IMG/VR virus record: IMGVR_UViG_3300010885_022465
Coordinates: 532 to 64,531 of that record
DNA length: 64,000 bases
DNA from: a virus
Taxonomy: Duplodnaviria > Caudoviricetes
Strand: one strand, 5' to 3'
Position numbers and translations under genes: made by a program. Numbering within the stretch: position 1 is the stretch's first letter; the number at the start of each line of letters is the position of its first letter. Below, in pieces: positions 1 to 7,508 of this stretch. The notes beneath the pieces were generated by a model. The model made no database searches. It worked only from the letters and a program-made list of their open reading frames with translations, and was not told the origin of the DNA.

Positions 1-48
1 CACCGAGTTATAACTCTGTACTGGTTAGTAAAATGTACTGTGTACGTG

Positions 49-56
49 CAAATATA
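49..56 (-). promoter_or_regulatory. Bacteroidota -7 promoter element firing leftwards out of the window
   Basis: CAAATATA on + is TATATTTG on -, matching the TAnnTTTG consensus. Confidence 0.55.
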
Positions 57-100
57 TATTTTTTTTTCTTGCAATCACTTGTCAGTTTAATTAAAGTAAT

Positions 101-108
101 TATATTTG
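101..108 (+). promoter_or_regulatory. Bacteroidota -7 promoter element
   Basis: TATATTTG directly before a hairpin/terminator leader. Confidence 0.7.
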
Positions 109-111
109 TAA

Positions 112-205
112 CAGATAATAAGAGTATCTGACAACTTAGGACATTTGCCGAAAGGCTAATATATAACCAAAAGAAAAACCCTGTACTCTTATTACAGGGT
201 TTTTT
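112..205 (+). ncRNA. Promoter-proximal leader RNA: 5' hairpin, GNRA hairpin, intrinsic terminator with complementary loop
   Basis: CAGATA-ataagag-TATCTG (112-130); GCC-GAAA-GGC (147-156); AAAAACCCTGTA-ctcttat-TACAGGGTTTTT (174-204); the two 7-nt loops are exact complements. Confidence 0.6.
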
Positions 206-209
206 GTTT

Positions 210-430
210 TATACCCTATTCCAAATAAAGCAGGTCTTAGCCTGTATGACAAGGCTCAACTAACTCAAAAGGAAAGTCGAACATCTTAAATTATAGGTAG
301 TACTTTCGTAAACTTGTGTGCCCTGTAAGCCGAACGACAAACTCAAAAACTCAACTGAAGCAGTTATGGTGATGGTCAACAGTTATCTTTTATCTAAGGG
401 GATAAGGGGTAACTTGTTTTTCATCACCTC
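210..430 (+). ncRNA. ORF-free structured region ending in a long G-U-rich hairpin
   Basis: GGTGATG...CATCACC closes an irregular hairpin at 368-428 with several G-U pairs valid on +; smaller hairpins near 231-258 and 354-366. Confidence 0.4.
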
Positions 431-481
431 ACTTTAAATCTAAAAATCTAACAAAAGCAGTTATTAGTTAATAATGTTTTC

Positions 482-489
482 TATATTTG
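482..489 (+). promoter_or_regulatory. -7 promoter element, probably leaderless transcript
   Basis: TATATTTG 4 nt before the GTG at 494. Confidence 0.55.
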
Positions 490-493
490 TCTA

Positions 494-847
494 GTGAAAA
501 ATAACAGATTAGAAGACATAATCAATAAAGGCAAGGAACATTTTATTGCTAAATTTTTTGTCATGACTTCTATTTTGAATTCCGATGACCATGCAGTAGA
601 GTATCAAGTGTTCTACAAGAGTAAAGGAAAAGGCAGATGGAATCCTCAATGTATTGAATACTCTAACTTGCAATATATTGTTTTAAAGCAGTTTGAGGTA
701 TTTTACTTGAGAGATATATTCGATAATAATTATGAAACAATAGTTTTTAATGAACACGGAAAAATCTACACGCATAAAGAAATAGGATTTAACAAAGAAG
801 GAATCATTCCATTAAAAAACCAAGTAACACTTTTTGAAGATGAATAA
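494..847 (+). CDS. hypothetical protein
   Basis: 117-aa ORF behind a promoter. Confidence 0.6.
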   Translation: MKNNRLEDIINKGKEHFIAKFFVMTSILNSDDHAVEYQVFYKSKGKGRWNPQCIEYSNLQYIVLKQFEVFYLRDIFDNNYETIVFNEHGKIYTHKEIGFNKEGIIPLKNQVTLFEDE

Positions 848-1004
848 AGGGGGTAAAGTTATCGTGAATAAAGATTATGTTGTTGCATGGGAATTTGATA
901 AACAAGAAATTCAAGTTACTTTGATAAAAAATGAAACAACTATCGGTTGGCTTTACGATGAAATAATTGAAGATAACGTTTTGCAACTAACCGATGAGCT
1001 GTAA
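840..1004 (+). CDS. small hypothetical protein (54 aa) reading into the attC-like hairpin
   Basis: ATG overlapping upstream ORF end; MNKGGKVIV...NVLQLTDEL. Confidence 0.45.
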   Translation: MNKGGKVIVNKDYVVAWEFDKQEIQVTLIKNETTIGWLYDEIIEDNVLQLTDEL

Positions 1005-1047
1005 CAAACACAGTACTTTTCAGCTTATTGGTTAATTGCTGTTAGCA
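971..1047 (+). mobile_element. attC-like recombination site
   Basis: Imperfect palindrome from TAAC (974) to GTTAGCA (1041); inner arms AACCGATGAGCTG / CAGCTTATTGGTT. Confidence 0.5.
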
Positions 1048-1074
1048 CCAGTTTTTAATTTTAAATTTAAGTAT

Positions 1075-1338
1075 ATGATAAAATGGATTGAAAGATATAG
1101 TTTCACGGATGAATCTGATGAAATGGGGAGATGGGCAAGAATGGGTGTAGTTAATGGAATAACAATTTGTTGGATTACAAGGGTAAAACATAAATATTGC
1201 ACACATATGTATTTACCAACAAGACTAAGTGATTCACCTCATGAAGTTCAAGTGTTAGATACTTTTGAAGATGCTAAAGAATTTGCATACAATAAACTAA
1301 GAGAATTTGAAGTTAAATTCAACGGTTCTACTTGTTAA
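1075..1338 (+). CDS. hypothetical protein in a cassette-like unit
   Basis: ATG at 1075 after A/T-rich leader; flanked by GTTAGCACCAGTT / AATTGGTGCTAAC. Confidence 0.6.
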   Translation: MIKWIERYSFTDESDEMGRWARMGVVNGITICWITRVKHKYCTHMYLPTRLSDSPHEVQVLDTFEDAKEFAYNKLREFEVKFNGSTC

Positions 1339-1396
1339 TTGGTGCTAACGTGGTATAGGCGCAATAACTTCCCGTATTGATAGAACGCAAAACAAG

Positions 1397-1427
1397 AAAG
1401 CCCTGACGTAATATCAGGGCTTTTTTT
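1397..1427 (+). terminator. intrinsic terminator between convergent genes
   Basis: AAAGCCCTGA-cgtaata-TCAGGGCTTTTTTT. Confidence 0.8.
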
Positions 1428-3462
1428 ATTTATCTAATATTCTAAGAACTTTTCCAGTAGAATCCACTAGAGCTAGTTTCATCCTGTAGTTGGTCTCTTT
1501 ACATTGCACATACCTTTTGAATGTCTTCACCTCAGCCTTAGCCTGTTTAATGTTCTCGGGTTCATACCTTGAATAACATTGAGCATTTATGTATGAGAAC
1601 ACAATCGCGAATATGCAGTCATCATAATCGTACCTAGCATCCGCTGCCTGGTATCTTGTTTGTCTATGTGAGCTTGCAGCTTTCAAATCTTTCTCTACGA
1701 ACGTCTTTAGTTGCTCCCAAAACCATGGAATATTTATTTGTTCGCCATACCCCTCTATTAACTCTTCTAGTTTTGCTAATATACGTGGCGCTGTATTCAC
1801 TTTATTGGATATACCAAACCATTTACCACCATGTGTTTTTAAGTACTCAGGAAGCGATGAATTTGACGTAAATTTGTGCTTAAATCCTAACATTTCCTGG
1901 AAATCTATGTGCATATCACCGATGTTATTCTCCACTAATTCCTTGATTCCACCCCTATTTTCTTGGTCATAATACAAAGATTGCAGTAAAACTTGCAGAT
2001 ATGTCTCTTTAAATTTCTTTTCTCTATGAAAAACTACCGATGCTACGGAGTTTGTTAGGGAATCCCATACGGCACTACACATTTTTGAGTGTCCTGTCTC
2101 TGAATTGATGGGGTCAGTACCTTGATAGAACCTATGTACCCAGCATTCTTTAGCTGGTGGGTGAGTTATTACTACTGTTGAGGTCATAACGTGGTCTCTA
2201 TCTCCTGTGCTCATCCATTTAGCCCCTATAATTCTATATGGAACGTATGAATCAGGTGTAGGTTGCAGTACATCGAATATAGGTTCGAAGTATCCGTAGT
2301 CAATAGGAACTTCCATACCATATATTTGATGCAACCTGTCATTACAATAGTTTACAGGAACAAGAGTTTTTGATTTACGCAAGAACATATCGTCAATGGT
2401 AATTGGGTATGCCTGGTGAAACTGAACTTTAGCAATCTCTCCCTGTCTTGTGCCTTCTTGTGCCTTGTATGCTTTAATCTCGTTATTAATAAACTTATCT
2501 GTCACCCCTCTTCGTGCATATGCGTTAAAGAACAATGGTATAATTCCATACTTAAAGTTTCTTTTCTGCCATTCGGATAAACACTGCTTAAACTCGGACT
2601 CAAATACTGAACCCCCTTTGTCCATCTCTCCACCTGTACCCCAAGCCATGAATTGTTGTTGCATTATCATCTCGTCTTGTTCAGGGTCGTACTTAAATAG
2701 TGCAGGTCTACCTTCACGCATCATCTCACCAAAGATTTCAAACAATCCAATCTCATCGACAAACACGCATGACGGAGAACCCCCATTGATTGCTGTGACG
2801 CTAGGACTATCTACCTGAAACATTGAAGCACCCCCTTCATCTTTACCTTTCTTGTCCCCTTTTTTCTCCATGTTCATTAATGAAGCTGTCCAGTTCTTTA
2901 CTTCTTGAGACATAAAGGCTGGTAGTTTTGTGAACGCCCACTTTACTTTATCACGAAATATTTCTTCCCCCTTGTCTTTGGAGTGGGTAATGAATTTTAT
3001 GAAGTATGATTTGTTTAGGTTTACGCGTTTCATACCTGCTAGGCACATGGTAGTTGTAAATCCAATCTGACGAGCCTTACCAATCATTGTTGAGTATCCG
3101 CAGTCGTATAGGAATAACAGTATCTTTTGTGCATCCCATGCTTGGTATTTAAGTTTACCATCTAGCGCAGTCTGTTCTTTTATCCATCCGTATTTATTGC
3201 AGAAGTATAGTGTGTTGTCATTACATTTCTGTATCTCATCCTCTAGCCATTCTATCTGTTCGGACTCTGTGTTGAAGTCTTGAATTTCCGTTAGGTCATC
3301 AAGCAACTGTTCTGCATGTAGGCAATATGTTTCAAAAGGTTCGTATGTTGTTCTGTACTGATACCCTCTATTCATGGAGTCTATCCATTTTATGAATTCT
3401 TCAGGATAGTCAAATTGTTTATGTGATGGATACCAGTCTGTTGTTTCTAGTTGTTTAGTCAT
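1426..3462 (-). CDS. terL: terminase large subunit
   Basis: Walker A GKARQIGFTT, Walker B VFVDEIG, coupling motif GTG, nuclease motifs GTDPIN and DDCIFA. Confidence 0.9.
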   Translation of the reverse strand: MTKQLETTDWYPSHKQFDYPEEFIKWIDSMNRGYQYRTTYEPFETYCLHAEQLLDDLTEIQDFNTESEQIEWLEDEIQKCNDNTLYFCNKYGWIKEQTALDGKLKYQAWDAQKILLFLYDCGYSTMIGKARQIGFTTTMCLAGMKRVNLNKSYFIKFITHSKDKGEEIFRDKVKWAFTKLPAFMSQEVKNWTASLMNMEKKGDKKGKDEGGASMFQVDSPSVTAINGGSPSCVFVDEIGLFEIFGEMMREGRPALFKYDPEQDEMIMQQQFMAWGTGGEMDKGGSVFESEFKQCLSEWQKRNFKYGIIPLFFNAYARRGVTDKFINNEIKAYKAQEGTRQGEIAKVQFHQAYPITIDDMFLRKSKTLVPVNYCNDRLHQIYGMEVPIDYGYFEPIFDVLQPTPDSYVPYRIIGAKWMSTGDRDHVMTSTVVITHPPAKECWVHRFYQGTDPINSETGHSKMCSAVWDSLTNSVASVVFHREKKFKETYLQVLLQSLYYDQENRGGIKELVENNIGDMHIDFQEMLGFKHKFTSNSSLPEYLKTHGGKWFGISNKVNTAPRILAKLEELIEGYGEQINIPWFWEQLKTFVEKDLKAASSHRQTRYQAADARYDYDDCIFAIVFSYINAQCYSRYEPENIKQAKAEVKTFKRYVQCKETNYRMKLALVDSTGKVLRILDK

Positions 3463-3549
3463 TTTACGATTGTAATGTAGTATTTAATTAAGGCAAATGA
3501 AAATATTCCTATTAAGACGAGTATCATCATCAATTCGTCCTCAGGGTCT

Positions 3550-4098
3550 TTATTCATCATCTTCCATTGGATTGTATTCCGTGCTACCATCTAGTGCTTG
3601 TTGCTCCATAGCCTTATACGAAGTTACGCATAAAAACAATTTTTTCATTGTTCCTTTGTATAGGTGTATAGGGTTTACCATGTATATCCTATGGTTTTTT
3701 ACTTTCTCCATTCGTATAACATCTTCGACTAGTAGCTGTTTGATTGCTGCTTGAGCATACCTACTACTTACCCCTGTGCATTTTATGATGTCTCTAATTC
3801 CGTATCCTTTGACTTGGTTTCCGTAGTTCATTACACGCGCAAAGAAACGCAATATTCGTAGCGACGATGGCGTTAGTTTTTCCTGAATATTTATCCCCTC
3901 CTGGAATGTTACATAGTACTTTAGTTTCTTTCGTTTGTTTATGGAGTTAATTATTTCTGTTGCTTGTGACTCATACGCTTCGGCAATTTTTACAAATTCA
4001 CCTTTTGCGTTTTTCATGTATAAGTCAAAGTCTTTCTGTCTTGTTGCTGCTATCCTATCGGCTTCTAGCAATAACATATCGAATACTATATCTGTCAT
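3550..4098 (-). CDS. RepL-like winged-helix DNA-binding protein (possible small terminase or regulator)
   Basis: HTH IRDIIKCTGVSSRYAQAAIKQL and YMVNPIHLYKG as in RepL-type proteins; next to terL. Confidence 0.6.
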   Translation of the reverse strand: MTDIVFDMLLLEADRIAATRQKDFDLYMKNAKGEFVKIAEAYESQATEIINSINKRKKLKYYVTFQEGINIQEKLTPSSLRILRFFARVMNYGNQVKGYGIRDIIKCTGVSSRYAQAAIKQLLVEDVIRMEKVKNHRIYMVNPIHLYKGTMKKLFLCVTSYKAMEQQALDGSTEYNPMEDDE

Positions 4099-4547
4099 TA
4101 TTTTCCTGGTTTATGATTTGGGTTTCCTGACCAAAAGGCATCGCACGCTCTATCAAACTTCGGCATTACACAAGATGTCAATAGTGTCAATAGTGTCAAT
4201 AGTGTCAACTTGGAAAGTATTTGTGTTACGTTGTATCTAATTTTCCTTAGTCTCCCTGTTCGTTGTTTATGTTCTTCGTTTACCATGAACAATGCGCTAT
4301 TTAGAAATCTCTCAAATTCCTTTATGCTCATGTTTCCTTTGAGTTTGTTACATTCTCCGCAGGCTACTACTTTGTTATCGTTACTAAGTTTACCTCCCCT
4401 ACTCTTTGGGTACAGGTGGTCGACAGTTCTTGAATGTACGTCTAACTCCCTTAGGCAATATGCACATACGGAAAGGTTTACTCCTAGCTTACTAAATTCG
4501 TGTTCCATTTTGTTGTTCATGTACGTGGTCAATATATTTTCTTGCAT
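4098..4547 (-). CDS. HNH endonuclease
   Basis: CAYC...TVDHLYPKSRGG...N...ACGECNKLKG. Confidence 0.85.
   Translation of the reverse strand: MQENILTTYMNNKMEHEFSKLGVNLSVCAYCLRELDVHSRTVDHLYPKSRGGKLSNDNKVVACGECNKLKGNMSIKEFERFLNSALFMVNEEHKQRTGRLRKIRYNVTQILSKLTLLTLLTLLTSCVMPKFDRACDAFWSGNPNHKPGK
4176..4208. repeat. 9-bp tandem repeat, (TGTCAATAG)x3 plus partial copy
   Basis: Read directly; encodes LTLLTLLTLLT in the HNH C-terminus. Confidence 0.9.
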
Positions 4548-4926
4548 CTGCTTTGCTCATTAGTACTGCTGTATGTTTATTTTTTTTCATCCAGTCATTT
4601 ACTAGGTGGTATGTATCTGCGTGGTGGTTACTTTTCTTCTGTTCAGTGTATAGCACGGACAGGGTATCTTCGTTTGTGTGGTCGAACCATTGTTTATTTA
4701 CGTACACATACTGTTGTGTTTTATATCCACCAAAATCATTCTCTACAACTCTAGTTCCGAATATTGTTTTCACGTATCCATAGTCTCTTATGTCATCATG
4801 TAGTTTTGCTTCATGATACATTTTCTCTCCTTTAAGATTTGTCACATCTAAATATTCAAATATTGTTTTGTTGTTAGCTCCAACATACAATACAAAATCA
4901 TTCTCCTTAAAATCTACCTTTATCAT
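4492..4926 (-). CDS. hypothetical protein
   Basis: 144-aa ORF in coupled minus-strand operon. Confidence 0.65.
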   Translation of the reverse strand: MIKVDFKENDFVLYVGANNKTIFEYLDVTNLKGEKMYHEAKLHDDIRDYGYVKTIFGTRVVENDFGGYKTQQYVYVNKQWFDHTNEDTLSVLYTEQKKSNHHADTYHLVNDWMKKNKHTAVLMSKADARKYIDHVHEQQNGTRI

Positions 4927-5168
4927 TAATCTAATCTTTTAAATCCGTTATTAGTTAGTGTGAATCTAGCTTGTCCATTCACCCATGTATTCCCTTCTAC
5001 GTTTACCATCCCTGTCTGTCTAGCTACGTCTAGGTACTTCTCCATATTGATACCCTCCCCCTTATGAAAATGCTCTACTAATCTAATTAGTAATCTACAC
5101 TTCTCATCGGGAAAACAATCCTTATTGATAATATCCATTATCTCTTTCTCTAATATTGCAGCACTCAT
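4926..5168 (-). CDS. hypothetical protein
   Basis: 80-aa ORF, stop/start overlap with neighbour. Confidence 0.6.
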   Translation of the reverse strand: MSAAILEKEIMDIINKDCFPDEKCRLLIRLVEHFHKGEGINMEKYLDVARQTGMVNVEGNTWVNGQARFTLTNNGFKRLD

Positions 5169-5341
5169 ATGTATTTTAGTTGTTTAGGTTTACTACTCAA
5201 AAGAACTGTTACACATAAGAAAGATAACTCTATCTCATATACTCTACCATCAAATCTTGGATACCTATTAAACAATACACTAGGAATAAGATACCATGCC
5301 TGTAGGTTATACCATGCATCTAACTTAACATTTCTTTTCAT
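5165..5341 (-). CDS. small hypothetical protein (58 aa)
   Basis: MKRNVKLDAWYNLQAWY...; ATGA overlap with next gene; promoter at 5375-5382. Confidence 0.45.
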   Translation of the reverse strand: MKRNVKLDAWYNLQAWYLIPSVLFNRYPRFDGRVYEIELSFLCVTVLLSSKPKQLKYI

Positions 5342-5374
5342 ATTACTTGCTTTATATTAAAAAATTTAGTATTG

Positions 5375-5382
5375 CAAATATA
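5375..5382 (-). promoter_or_regulatory. -7 promoter element for packaging operon
   Basis: CAAATATA = TATATTTG on -. Confidence 0.6.
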
Positions 5383-5467
5383 ATACAATTTACATGTAAA
5401 AAACACATTTCCTCAAAAGTTTGTACGCATAAATACAAAGCAAATTGTCACCACAAAAAGCAACACT

Positions 5468-6072
5468 AACTTATTGACAATCAACTACATAACTCCCCGT
5501 GCTATATATGTTCCTTTTGGATAGTCCTTAATGGCTAGTATGAGTAATCCCATTACGAATGCCCATATAGATGCAGTCCTAGAGCTCTAATCAGGTACCA
5601 ATATGTAAAACATACCCCTCCCCTTTTTAAAAACATCCTTACGTAACTCACTGGTAATTAGGTAAATTTTTGAAATACGTCTGTGGGTTTTTTGTGAAAA
5701 ATATGCGGTACGTCTGTGGGGGGCTTACTCGACCACATGTATCCCCCACCTCCTTCAACCGAAAACCGAACATTCTGATTATCAACACTTTACGATCGTG
5801 TTTTTCTGCTTTTCACCCTTAATTATTTGATTCTCACACACTTACACACTACCTAAGTTGTTCACAGGTGTTAATTTATTGATACTCAGTTAGTTGAGGG
5901 TGTTTAGTGGTGTGTTACCCCCGCCGAAAATTCACCTTATTTCAGTACTTTTGTGGCTACTTTTTTACCTTATTTTGTCCCGTTTTTGCCTGTTTTTTGG
6001 GTACTTCTGAAATTATTTTCACTTTTTTTAAATTATTTTTTATCGTCATATATCCTTGATTTTCAGTTTGTT
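5468..6072. repeat. Array of palindromic AA-N5-TGA-N3-TCA-N5-TT boxes
   Basis: TGA at 5475, 5776, 5828, 5880, 6057 plus a degenerate copy at 5652; three copies exactly 52 bp apart. Confidence 0.7.
5676..5720. repeat. 12-bp direct repeat TACGTCTGTGGG x2
   Basis: 5676-5687 and 5709-5720. Confidence 0.85.
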
Positions 6073-6140
6073 ATCCTCATGTACGCGCGCGCGAATCCAA
6101 CTTCAATTCAAATTAAATTTTCAAATTAGAATTTATATAG

Positions 6141-6148
6141 TATATTTG
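6141..6148 (+). promoter_or_regulatory. -7 promoter element at start of early arm
   Basis: TATATTTG with AT-rich upstream region. Confidence 0.7.
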
Positions 6149-6151
6149 TCC

Positions 6152-6702
6152 TGTCCCTCAGTCAAAACAACGACACACAACAGGGCACCACGCTTGCATC
6201 GGTAGGGTGGTTATAGATAAAGGTTTGTGTATGGTACGCTGTACATATAACGAATATAGGAAATTGCTATGCACGAACTGACAGAAAAGGTTATGTTGCT
6301 TAGGGTGGATAAGTATGTTCGGACTTGAAATAAGGTTTACGAATTTGTTGGCAAAACGACAAAGCAACCGATATTATTACGTGTACATGGGCGTTTAGGC
6401 GTGTACGTTCCCTAGGGAACACGTGTATATAGTGTAATATTAGGACTTTGTGGCAAGAGGGTGCAAAACGTAAATTATGGGGTGCAATTATTAAGGTAGG
6501 GATACCACACTAATAACGTGTGAATTGTGCGAAGTAAAGGATATAAGGCAATATTGAGTAATTAACACAATTACGTGAAATATAGTACGACTTTACTTGA
6601 AAAAATGTTTCTTGAATTTCTTATATAGTTGGTTTACTGAAGAGTACAAAAGTACGAAACGAACGTGTGAATAATAGTAACACGTTCGTATAAACCTATA
6701 AA
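6152..6702 (+). ncRNA. Candidate large structured ncRNA or 5' leader (~550 nt)
   Basis: No plus-strand ORF of 60 aa or more; hairpins 6187-6211, 6226-6247, 6344-6363, 6407-6420, 6495-6506 (GNRA), 6659-6689; crossing long-range pairings. Confidence 0.55.
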
Positions 6703-6712
6703 ATTATATATC

Positions 6713-7192
6713 ATGAAAGCAAGTATCAAAACATTACAAAGTGCAAACAATGCGTTGAAAGCTGAAAATAAAAGTTTCAGTGGTGCACTTAATGACATTA
6801 AAAAGTTCTACACAAAAGAGGACAAAGTAATGGCAAAAGTTTTATTTCCCGAAAAATTCTCTAAAGAGTGGGAACAAAAAGCATGTAGTTATTTGAGTGA
6901 AAAACCACAATTACCTACAAAAAACAACCCAAACGGGTTAAGTAAAAAACAACTATACCTAAATTCTGAAAAATACAGATTAGAGTTATTGAGAGAAGAA
7001 TTTGAGGCACACGCAATGTTTGAAACGCATAGAGACGAACAAGACGTGGAACAAGCTGAAAAATTAGCTCAAAAAATTACCAATGAAATATTAGAAAGTG
7101 CAGTGTACAAGGACTTCCTTAAAACGAAGAGATACAACTTCTCTCCGTATGCAGTGGGAATGCTAGCACACGCTATGCAAAACAAAAAATAA
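6713..7192 (+). CDS. hypothetical first early protein
   Basis: 159-aa ORF with typical A-rich leader AAATTATATATC-ATG. Confidence 0.8.
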   Translation: MKASIKTLQSANNALKAENKSFSGALNDIKKFYTKEDKVMAKVLFPEKFSKEWEQKACSYLSEKPQLPTKNNPNGLSKKQLYLNSEKYRLELLREEFEAHAMFETHRDEQDVEQAEKLAQKITNEILESAVYKDFLKTKRYNFSPYAVGMLAHAMQNKK

Positions 7193-7234
7193 GTAAGACG
7201 GTCTAACGAGGGGGTTCGACTCCCCCTCTTACTT
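7191..7234 (+). ncRNA. tRNA-like mini-element (acceptor stem, D-loop-like linker, T-arm; no anticodon arm)
   Basis: AGTAAGA-cggtctaacga-GGGGG-TTCGACT-CCCCC-TCTTACT. Confidence 0.55.
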
Positions 7235-7255
7235 CTAATCATTAAATTATACAAC

Positions 7256-7504
7256 ATGAAAAAGTATGCAGGAATGTTATTCTGCATGGCGTTATTGTCA
7301 TGCAGTAAACAAAAAGTAATGTACAAATATGAGTACACTACACCAAAAAGTGTAGAAATAGGTGTAAAAAGTTCGCATCTAGGTGACTACGACCACATGA
7401 CAAGTGGACAATTGGAGGCAGAAAGACTGCACCAAAGAAAATTAGTAAGTATAAACTTTCACGAAGTAGTGTTACATGACACTATGTACGTGTACAATTA
7501 TTAA
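7256..7504 (+). CDS. putative lipoprotein
   Basis: MKKYAGMLFCMALLSC signal peptide with lipobox. Confidence 0.65.
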   Translation: MKKYAGMLFCMALLSCSKQKVMYKYEYTTPKSVEIGVKSSHLGDYDHMTSGQLEAERLHQRKLVSINFHEVVLHDTMYVYNY

Positions 7505-7508
7505 AATT

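Noticed and set aside
1656-4783. Plus-strand ORFs overlapping terL, wHTH and HNH
   Set aside because: Antisense shadows of well-supported minus-strand genes
6158-6367. 69-aa minus-strand ORF in the ncRNA candidate
   Set aside because: Non-ATG start, antisense to the promoter, no protein-like features
7191-7237. Complete tRNA gene, tmRNA or attP tRNA fragment
   Set aside because: No anticodon arm or CCA; the acceptor 5' strand is local; no integrase recognised in the window
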